Positions 11,866 to 21,299 of a stretch of 37,508 bases of DNA are shown piece after piece. The translations under genes and the position numbers were made by a program. Position 1 is the first letter of the stretch. Each line of letters opens with the position of its first letter. A model generated the notes under the pieces. The model was not told where the DNA came from and made no database searches. It worked only from the letters and a program-made list of their open reading frames with translations. The stretch spans positions 1-37,508 of the forward strand of contig CAJVPI010000272.1 of the NCBI GenBank assembly GCA_910592345.1. Reading direction: 5' to 3'. The DNA comes from Paraglomus brasilianum. Lineage: Eukaryota.

Positions 11866-12210
11866 GCTATACTCAACTGTTGTGAGTAGCCCTTGTTGCT
11901 CTCTTCTTCTTTGTTCAATCCAACGATGCGCCTTTCCCGCATCAGACGCTTCCTGGAAAAGCGCCGGAATAGGAAGGATCCATAATATTATTTCTGTCAC
12001 TTACTATTGTTCGAGTGGCAAGCAAAGTCTTGAGAGAGCAATGTTCAGATAAGAGAGATTTGGCCGAACAAAATTGATCTAAATTGGGGAAAATGATTTT
12101 ACTACTGCTGTCATTATTATTACGATAAAAGCTCCAAGAAACGAGACTTGGAAGAACGTGGCTTAGAATAATGATGGGATAATAAGTGAAAGTCTATAAG
12201 TCCAGCAAGG
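11866..12210 (+). pseudogene. Pseudogene of the KEP precursor
   Basis: CTATACTCAACTGTTG...TTGCTCTCTTC...GGAAGGATCCATA aligns to 6093-6200. 12085-12189 reads WGK*FYYCCHYYYDKSSKKRDLEERGLE**WDNK* vs WGKPSYYCCYYYYDEDSKKRGLEARSLEQRWDDNC. Confidence 0.85.
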
Positions 12211-13572
12211 CAACAATCATTGGTAAATTCTTACTAAGATTATTCTCATTGTAATATTACTTAAGTGGAAATTAACGATCAAATAGACAACCCTAAGCGC
12301 TGGTCACAATTTACACAAATGGTTTTATAGTTTATGTGGATAAAATCGTTGGAAATACCAGCTGCTCTTACAACTCAAACTGACAATAACTTTGTCGAAC
12401 AAACAGCAAATATACAATCTCGTTGACCATTATTGCTAGGGCTATGCAAATTATTATCCTATAACATTTTATCTATCGCATTATATCAATAAACGTTGTT
12501 TAGTATTAAGAGTAATGTCTTGTCAATACGTTGCACGCCAACATCTTTGTTAATAGAACGTTCAATTCGACTGTAGAACCGAACACAACATTTCGTCAAG
12601 ACACTGACTATTATTATAACTGTGGCTTATTGCATATCGGAATTCGGGATAATTATAAGGCCTATTATTATGCATATCCTCAATGATTATAAATAAAAAT
12701 TATTTTTGGATTGTTATTTTGTCTTTGTTCTTGCCAATTTATAGACATTACCTTCAAATACAAACTATTGTTGATTATGGCGAAAGGCGTAGCTATACAA
12801 TTCTGCAAATGCGTGAATGACGAATAGATGAATCATGCGTTTATGATTGTATTCTTATTGGTAACTTGTATTCCATTATAAAAGGCAGACAATGACTATG
12901 TAGCCGTATGACTTGTGTAATGTGTTACATAAATTTTGTTGAAAACGGCAGTATGAAAATGCCTAATATGGATCATCATCCATTAAAATGTTGTCACAAA
13001 CTAGTCAAATGCAAAATTGTTACACAATACAACTTTCGCGTACGTAGCAGATCGTCTACCGTATTTTCATAAGAACAGTGATTATCGATGCAGTTATTAC
13101 TTGTGCTGCATGATCCAGACTATATCTGCCGTTGAATGTTACGCTACTTACTGACAGACAAACACTCCGATTGTTAGATCAGTAGATACACGTATTAAAT
13201 AGTTTAGTATATTCATTCGTTGGAGAGATAGTATAAGACTTGGAATATCGACTGAGCACCCTCATCTGTGTCACTATTAATGAACACTGGCGCACTGCAA
13301 ACTTTATTATTTTTAGTACTTACTAGTTGAATGCAAACTCGAATCTGTAGATAACTAGATAAGCATTCAAGACGAGCACAATCCCAGTTTTATTGATCGT
13401 GAAAATAATGTTTAGCCTCAGTCAGTAACAATTATCGTTAAAGGGCTCAAGTATGATAAGGAGATTTACACCGTCGAATTGATTATTGCATGTGTCTCCA
13501 AATCATAAACCTCTTTAAGTTTTGTTGTAAGCACAAGTCTTTCAAAAACATCATGATCGATTTCCTTGCCTT

Positions 13573-13595
13573 ATCATCATCATCATCATCATCAT
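13573..13595 (+). repeat. (ATC)n microsatellite
   Basis: About seven ATC units. Confidence 0.8.
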
Positions 13596-14736
13596 GTAAC
13601 AAAAATTATTTTTAGATTGCATTATCTCAACAATCGACTTGTCTCTTGTTGACATCCTTTCACTCACACAAATTCTATCTTTGATTATGCATGAAGAAAA
13701 GATGAGATCGTGCGTTTGTAGATCGGTGTTCGTGGATCGGTATTCATGGCCTGGGTACGAAAAAATAGACAGGATGAGGACACAATTAAATCAATTCAAA
13801 CCTAGCCTTATAGACAGGCGTAAATACTTTATTAAGGATATGTGTAACATGTGTTACTTAATAATAATAATTAAGCAGAGTATGAAAATACTTAATATGG
13901 TAGTACATAAAAGTCCAAACTAACCAAATTGATACTCGCGACATAAAATCAATGTACGCTATGTATTTCGTTTAAAAACAGTGCATATCAATTGTACTCG
14001 GTGGTTCACACAGCTATACATATTGATCATTCACAGCTTACGTTCCTTTGAGAGACAGCATAACATTGAATGAGCACTCTCATTCGTGTCAGGACCAATG
14101 AACGCTGATAGGCCACTAGATTTAATATTACTACTCTAAGCATAGAAGCCCAATTCCTTCAGACGTCTGTGCTGTGGCGTTGAAATGCAAAATAAATTTA
14201 TTTTTTTCCCATGCATTTGTCATTCGATTATCAAACCTTGAAACGCAGCATTCATGAACAAATTTGTATCGCCGAAAATTCTGTTCGGAAATCTAAAAAT
14301 ACTCATTCTATTTTTATGAATGCTGTCTCGACTTTTTTGTAAAAACTTTATGGTAATTACTTAGATCAGATTTTGTGCAAGTCTAAGACTAGCCACTACT
14401 AAGAACGCTTATCTTTTACTGCATAGTTTACTCGGATGGGTTTTTTGCGAGTGCAGTCATTGAAATTGTTTCAACAATAACAGCATTATAACACAAACGC
14501 TGTTCTTCTTTTATCAATAACACATCAGATTGCAAGTAAACTTATCCACCGTTTCCTGCCGCATTGATTAAGGGTAACACCTTGCTTGTGTACGCGACCC
14601 TTGTTTTCCCAAAGCCTTAAAATAATAACGTTGTACTGCTTACTATATTGTGAATGCGTTTGTTAACTGTCTATTTTTAACTCGTGCATATTCTGCAGTT
14701 TAAAATACTATCTGATATTGTATGCCTTCCTCGCTT

Positions 14737-14752
14737 TCACAGCTATATAAAC
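14737..14752 (+). promoter_or_regulatory. TATA-box core promoter of SOD-like-fold gene 2
   Basis: TCACAGCTATATAAAC, identical to the KEP promoter 16-mer; mirrored at 18480-18495 (-) for gene 3. Confidence 0.7.
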
Positions 14753-14890
14753 GAGGAGATCCAAGCTCTTCTTCCACATCGCATCGACCACAGCGACTCC
14801 GACAAGTTTACAACAAGGCTTACGACAATCGATCCATCTTATAACGATACAGTTTACTCTTCTACTCGAAAACGAAAACAATCCATCAAA

Positions 14891-15424
14891 ATGAGCAAAA
14901 TCGTCTGCTTGACCTTTCTCTTGGCTATCATTCTCACTGTGATCTCTCCAACCGCGGCTGCCGGACTTGAGGAAAGATGGCGCAATCATCAAAATAATAA
15001 TTGTTGTCCAGTCGCTATCTGCGAATTCGAGAAGGGTGACCCCTTCATACATAAACGCAATACAAACCCGTTTGATGGATTTATTCAATTTACAGAAACG
15101 TTTAACAACCAGCTGTTTGTCTCCGGTTTCTTGGATGCAGAAAACTTTCAGAAGGATACCACTGCTGGCAAACAAGGCCTTGACGTTCACGTAGCCGATT
15201 GTAACCTCAAAAATATTGATGGCGTACTTGATTTGGACGATGTCGATGACATTTTCGATAGGCCTTTCGTTGGCGTTATCCCCAACAAGAAAGTTCGTCA
15301 ACTTGTTGGCCAATGTTGTATTGTGGCAGATGATAAACAAAATGATCAAATTATTGCCGTTGCAAAGGTGAAGCAAGCCATTCGGTGTGGGCGTAACAAA
15401 AAGATTCTTATAAAGGATCTCTAA
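14891..15424 (+). CDS. Secreted Cys-rich SOD-like-fold protein, paralog 2 (177 aa)
   Basis: ATG 14891 in AAAATGAG context downstream of the TATA box; signal peptide, GLEER|WRNHQNNNCC, internal HKR|NTN; same 7 Cys as paralogs 1 and 3. Confidence 0.88.
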   Translation: MSKIVCLTFLLAIILTVISPTAAAGLEERWRNHQNNNCCPVAICEFEKGDPFIHKRNTNPFDGFIQFTETFNNQLFVSGFLDAENFQKDTTAGKQGLDVHVADCNLKNIDGVLDLDDVDDIFDRPFVGVIPNKKVRQLVGQCCIVADDKQNDQIIAVAKVKQAIRCGRNKKILIKDL

Positions 15425-15799
15425 TTAATTAGTTGATAGGCTTTTTCCCTTGTTGTGCTTAACTTTATATTTATTATTACATATATGTTTGTATTTGTAA
15501 AGAGCGTTCTCTCGTGCAAAGATTAGAATGTGATAGTATATTTTGTAAAACAATAAAATTTACTATTGTGCCAGCATAATTGCAGATAAACGATCGGTGT
15601 ATGCGCATTCTACTTTGAAATTTGATAAACTAAACTGTTACTGTATATTGTGCACATATAGCAATATAGCAGTATATAATATTTAAATTTTAGCTGTAGA
15701 CGGTCCCAAATAGCAGGAATATCAGCAAGCATGATAGTGCTAAAAGCTTTCAAATAATGATTGGTAAGTGGATTAAAAGGGAGGACTAATTATTTCCAG

Positions 15800-17438
15800 T
15801 GAAAAACTTCTCGACAAGGAGAGCTTTTGAAATAAATGATCGAACGAAGGAATGTTACACTCGTGAGGAGTGATAGTCAAAAGCACTTTTTATTCGACGA
15901 TCACTAGCGGTATTTTGTACTATCTTTAATTTTGCAGTTCACATACAATGGATTGTTTTTGCTAATGACAGACGACTGCAAAAACTAGCAAACTCTGTTT
16001 ATGATAAAGGCCTTTGCAGGAAATTTTTTTCATAAATACAGAATATGCCTACATAACAGTGGTTCCGCCCCTTATTTCTAAACCAACAATTAATTTGTGT
16101 CGTCAGATTAGACTATTGTTAAATTTTGACGTTCTATCTTACAGCAGTGAAAGCGTAATCCATTCTTTTTAATATGTCTTGGCTGTTTATACATGCTTAC
16201 TGAACTAAGATTGAGAACATTAATAAAGCGTATCCTCTATCTAACATTGGTTATGGCGTAATGCAATTTAAAACTACTATACACTACACTAATGTCGTAA
16301 CAACCAGATGTTATGATGCATCAAGTATTAACAGTCAATACTTAACCACAGGAGCCGAATTTGTGTCGAGTCGCTTTGCCGTAGATAAATTATTAATAAG
16401 CAATCATTAATTGTAATAACAAACATTTCTGCGGTGGTCAGAATTGTGACGTCTACCTCTATATTATAGTATTACACTAATACGGGTTCTTCATGTCCTA
16501 ATAAAGCATTATTCACACATATACAACCTTTGCCAGACTATGGAAACATATTTGTATCTTTGTCTTTCATATATGAGCGATCGATTCTGTTTGATATACT
16601 GAACTACCGAGTTTGGTGCTTTTAATATCCTGACAATTTCATTACAACATGGACAAGAGTGTATACACACACAGCAATATCGACTAATTTGTTTGTAGCT
16701 TTCTATTAACGCCTGCAGAGTTCAAATGTCCACTACCAAGAATACTTTTTTCTGACAATAGGATTGATGAAAAACCGACATTCGCTAACACCCTTCAATC
16801 AAATATCGGCTTGTGCACTATACCGATAAAATATTATTTAAACGCAATTTCTAAACTTCAACATGTTATATAAGAACAAACGTATTCGTTTGGCCGCAAT
16901 AGAACACTGTATATGTAATACCGATGCAAAATTTTGTTTAAATGAGCGTATTGTTATTACTCAATACCAACAAGCATTTAAGATGGGGAAATAAACAAAA
17001 ATAGCGCATTTTGAGAACGTTCTGACAAACTGATATCAAGGATAAATTATTGGTTTGCGGGGATAAGAACGTTTGGTTCATTGCGAAATATATATTTCTA
17101 AATTCGGGAAATAGGACGATTACAGTCACTTAGAATATAACAAAGTTGTCCGTTTGGACGGGAACAGCCTCTTCGGAAAGGGCTTAATTATGATAAAAAA
17201 ATTTTACACCAGTCGCATTTATTATTGCATGTGTCTGTTGTGTCTGAGAGTTTGAGTGAGACTTGTCTTAGTCCAGAATCCAGTTGTCTCAGTTCGAAGC
17301 CAGACACTCAATCTAGAACTGAGACAGGTCCCCAACTAAAGTACAACACTCCAATAACTGAAAAACTTCTCAACAAGTAGAGTTTTTGAAATAAATGATC
17401 GAACGAATTACACTCATGAGGAGTGATAGTCAAAAGCA
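15800..17438 (+). repeat. ~80-bp direct repeat (15800-15884 and 17360-17438) in the spacer of the inverted duplication
   Basis: GAAAAACTTCTC(G/A)ACAAG...TTTTGAAATAAATGATCGAACGAA...TTACACTC(G/A)TGAGGAGTGATAGTCAAAAGCA in both. Confidence 0.8.
17236..17348 (+). mobile_element. 113-bp TGTTG...CAACA element (family A)
   Basis: Same termini and core as 3180-3257; empty paralogous site ATTATTGCATGTGTCTCCAA at 13482-13501. Confidence 0.75.
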
Positions 17439-17798
17439 ATTTACAAATATATATTTATTCACGCTTGCTGACATTCTACTATTTGGGCGCTCGAATAAAA
17501 TTCTGTTGAATAACAAGCCGCGAATTCCAAGACACTTTCAACCGCCTACAGCTAAAATTTAATACTATACACAGCTATATTGCTATATGTGCACAATATA
17601 CAGTAACAGTTTAGTTTATCAAATTTCAAAGTAGAATTCGTTTATCTGCAATTATGCTGGCACAATAGTAAATTTTATTGTTTTACAAAATACACTATCA
17701 CATTCTAATCTTTGCACAAGAGAATGCTCTTTACAAATACAAACATATATGTAATAATAAATATAAAGTTAAGTACAAGGGAAAAGACTATCAGCTAA

Positions 17799-18338
17799 CT
17801 AGAGATCACTTATAACGATTTTTTTGTTACGCCCACACCGAATGGCTTCCTTCACCTTTGCAACAGCAATAATTTGATCATTTTGATTATCATCTGCCAC
17901 AACACAGCATTTGCCAATAAGTTGACTAACTTTCTCGTTGGGGAAAACGCCAACGAAAGGCTTATCGAAAATGTCATCGATGCTGTCTAAATCAAGTCCG
18001 TTTTCAATATTTTGGAGGTTACAATCGGTTACGTGAACGTCAATGCCTTGATTATCAGCAGTGGTATCCGACTGAAAGTTTTCTGCATCCAAGAAACCGG
18101 AGACAAACAGCTGGTTGTTAAACGTATCAGTAAATTGAATAAATCCATCAAACGGGTTTATATTGCGTTTAGCGTGGCGTCGGTGATCGAAGGGGTCACC
18201 CTTCTCGAATTCGCAGATAGCGACTGGACAACAATTATTATTTTGCCATTTTTTCTCAAGTCCGGCAGCCGCGACTGGCGTAGAGATCACAGTGAGAAGG
18301 GTAGCCAAGAGAAAGGTCAAGCTGACGATTTTGCTCAT
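17799..18338 (-). CDS. Secreted Cys-rich SOD-like-fold protein, paralog 3 (179 aa)
   Basis: Signal peptide, GLEKK|WQNNNCC, internal AKR|NIN; close paralog of 14891-15424; TATA at 18481-18488 (-). Confidence 0.88.
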   Translation of the reverse strand: MSKIVSLTFLLATLLTVISTPVAAAGLEKKWQNNNCCPVAICEFEKGDPFDHRRHAKRNINPFDGFIQFTDTFNNQLFVSGFLDAENFQSDTTADNQGIDVHVTDCNLQNIENGLDLDSIDDIFDKPFVGVFPNEKVSQLIGKCCVVADDNQNDQIIAVAKVKEAIRCGRNKKIVISDL

Positions 18339-19675
18339 TTTGATGGATTGGTTTTCGTTTCGAGTAGAAGAGTAAACTGTATCGTTATAAGATGGATCGA
18401 TTGTCGTAATCCTTGTTCTTGTAAACTTGTCGGAGTCGCTGTGGTCGATGCGATGTGGAAGAAGAGCTTGGATCTCCTCGTTTATATAGCTGTGAAAGCG
18501 AGGAAGGCATACAATAGTTTAACTACCGGAATATGCAAGAGTTAAAAATAGACAGTCAAAATTTGGTAGAACAATGCATTTGCAATATAATTAGAGTATA
18601 AACAGAGTGTTACACAATTTCGACATATTAATTGACCAATAAAAAGAAGTCAAAATAAACGTGGCGGCGCAAACAATGAGTGATTCACTTTATGTTATCG
18701 AATCGAATGCTATACGAAACGCAATTGCATCGACTGAAAAAAGACGGAGTTTGCGTTAAAGTTGAAGCAAATAATTTCAATATTGCGTTTGTATCCATAA
18801 AAACTTGTTCAAATAAACTATACAATAAAAGACAAGCGTTATAGTCGATATCAACTGTAGCTAGTTTTAAACTTGCACAATAGTTAATTAGAAAGTAGTT
18901 ATTATAAAGCGTAACACTTGACCGAAAAAAGTCGAGACAAGAATGTTTCTGATAAAATTAGATACGTGTATTTTTAGGCTTCTACAAGGAAGTGTCGTTA
19001 AATTGTTGTCAGACAAAAAAAGTCGATTGGATCTGTTGTACAGCTTCATTCATCAGAATTTGGCAGTCTGAATGACGGAAAGGCTGAATTTTTTGGTTTA
19101 AGTTTAGACAATCATGTGTGCTCTCATCTATTAAAATTTGCATCCAAACAGTGAGTACTAAAAATAAATAAAGTTTGGTAGCAGTGCGCCAGTGTTTCTA
19201 GTAGTGACACAGATGAAGGTGTTCAGTCGATATTTCCGAGTCTTATGCTATCTCTCCAACGAATATACTGTAATGTCATGCCTAACTGTATCTATAACTG
19301 GAAGCCGATTGGAGTGTTGGTCCGTCGGTAGCGTAATGTTTAACGGATATAGTGTGTGAAGCGTCTGGATCATGCATCATGTAATAACTGCAAGTAATTG
19401 AGAAGCAAGTACAATCGATAAGCACTAAAAATATGGTAGGCGATCTTATGCGAAAGTTGCGTTGTGTAATAATTTTGCATATTCGATATTCCCCAGTACT
19501 AATTTGGCTAGATAATCGTACATATTAGTATCTTGCTTCGAATATCCAACTGAAAATCATTTTTAACTTGCACTTACACAATGGACAATTACTGCATATC
19601 ATAATTGATCTACGCCGCGCCGTAGTTACTTTTTTCTCATCCGCCTACCTTTTTTAATGAAATAAAGTTCGCTAA

Positions 19676-19728
19676 GAAGCACACAATCCAGAAGCACACA
19701 ATCCAGAAACACACAATCCAGAAACACA
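19676..19728 (+). repeat. 15-bp tandem repeat AGAA(G/A)CACACAATCC x~3.5
   Basis: Directly visible. Confidence 0.8.
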
Positions 19729-20384
19729 TGATTCATCTATTCGTCATTCACGCATCTGCAGAATTGTATGGCTACGCCTTTTTGCCATAATTAAAAATAG
19801 TTTGCCTAATCACTTTCTGATCAACTTATTTGCTACTTTATTCACTTTTTCCCGAATTCCGATAATATGCAGTAGGCCACAGTTTTTAATTGTTATGATA
19901 TCATTTTGCAGAATTTTCTATTTATAAATGCTTAAAATTATATAATTTTTTTAATAGTCAGTGTCTTGACAAAATAATGTATTCGGTACTACAGTCCAAT
20001 AAAATGTCCATTAACAAAGCATATGTGCAAGACGAATACATTCGTTATTAATAGATGTCGACGTGTAACGTATTGATACTGATGATAAGACATTCCGCGC
20101 GATTTTCTAAAAACCGATAAGCGTTTTTAGATAAAAATGTCACGAAATAGTAATTTGTATAATCCCAGTGATAGTTTATGTTTATGTTCAACGAGATTGC
20201 TGTTTATTTAATACTGATAAATCTATTGTCAGTTTTTGAGTTGTAAGCAGCAGACTTACCAGCTTAGGATTGTCTATTTAATTATATCGTTAATTCCTAC
20301 TAACTTGATTTGCCGAAACTAATAATAATAAGGGTTATCGTATATTTTGTATAACGCATACTATTCCAGTTTAAGTAATATTAC

Positions 20385-21299
20385 TGTTGTACCTCAGTTG
20401 GGGACCTGTCCTTAGTTCTGAGTTCTGGACTGGGTGACTGGGTTTACAGAACCATTACGAATGATTGCGGGTAACTAGAGCAAGCCAGTGACAGGTGAGA
20501 ATGTGTGTATGAGAGAGATAAAAAGAACAAGAGAGTGTAAGAAAGAAATAAAGCCAGAATGAGAAATCAAAAGTGAGAGAGTGAGAAAGTAATAGCAAAG
20601 AGTGTGATCGCGATAAAGAGAGGAGGTGAGCAAAGGAGTGGTATTGAGAGTGGTATTGAGAGTGGTAAGCAAATGAGAGACTGAAAGTGTGTTAGAAGGG
20701 GAGTGAGAGAATGATTAAAAGGCAAGAGAGCGATTGAGAGAACGAAAGAGTAAGAACTTGAAAGCGAATAAGAGTGTGATTGAAAGAGTGCGAGTGATTA
20801 CAAGAGAGAGAGGGCAGGAGGGTGAGTTTGAAAGAGATCAAAAGACAGAGGGGAGATCAAGAGTGCGATCACTAGAGAAAAGAGTAACTAAATAAAAGTG
20901 AAGAGAACGGGAGAGTGATTGGGAGAGTGAGAAAAAGAGCAAGAGTGTAAGAGATTAAGAAAGTTATCGAAGAAGCAAAAGGGGAAGATGGAATTAACAA
21001 TATGTAAATTCCATGAGCTTTGGATTCTCGGTTGTTGTGAAGATTGATTTCGCGTTTTCGAAAAATCAAGCCAATCGGTATATGCAAAGTTCAAATCATA
21101 CTTAATATTCTGTGTCAATTTTTTAACACACGCATCGACAACAGTTACGATTAATAAATGTTTAAATACTATGAGCATGGGATTCTTGGCTGTTGAGTAG
21201 TTAGTTATTGACGACGAAAATCGATTTTGCGTTTTGAAGAATCAAGCCAATCGGGATATAAATATTCGCGCTCCATGTACTAGTGGCGCAGCTACAACA
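20385..21299 (-). mobile_element. Longer TGTTGTA...TACAACA element (family A end plus GA-rich interior); possible solo LTR or parent of the short copies
   Basis: 20385-20450 is the reverse complement of the family A 3' end; strongly purine-skewed low-complexity tract ~20490-20990; internal ~60-bp duplication (~21020 and ~21180); candidate far end TACAACA at 21293-21299 (uncertain); no TSD. Confidence 0.5.

Larger units (their letters stand above)
12251..20384. repeat. Inverted segmental duplication: arms ~12251-15704 (+) and ~17541-20384 (-), ~1.8-kb spacer
   Basis: GTAATATTACTTAA...AAATAGACAA(C/T)CCTAAGC at both outer ends; near-identical 5'UTRs and 3' flanks (TAAATTTTAGCTGTAGACGGT vs ACCGCCTACAGCTAAAATTTA); convergent paralogous genes. 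Confidence 0.85.

Noticed and set aside
14729..14757. Hairpin TCCTCG/CGAGGA enclosing the TATA box of SODL2/3
   Set aside because: Only 6 bp and not conserved in SODL1 or the KEP promoter.
14684..14890. N-terminal extension of the 246-aa ORF (also the 6058, 9468 and 25047 starts)
   Set aside because: Non-ATG or upstream starts that run through the TATA box or 5'UTR; paralogs agree on the downstream ATG, which for the secreted genes precedes the signal peptide.
9492..18338. Calling the three paralogs true superoxide dismutases or FOLD/MycFOLD effectors
   Set aside because: The Cu/Zn His ligand set is missing, and I cannot support a FOLD assignment without structure prediction.
14708..18545. 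Long antisense ORFs (14708-15376 -, 18012-18545 +, 9774-9995 -) that resemble each other
   Set aside because: Shadows of the duplicated sense genes; lengths and stops are not conserved.
20475..21178. Hydrophobic minus-strand ORFs
   Set aside because: Artefacts of the CT-rich low-complexity strand.
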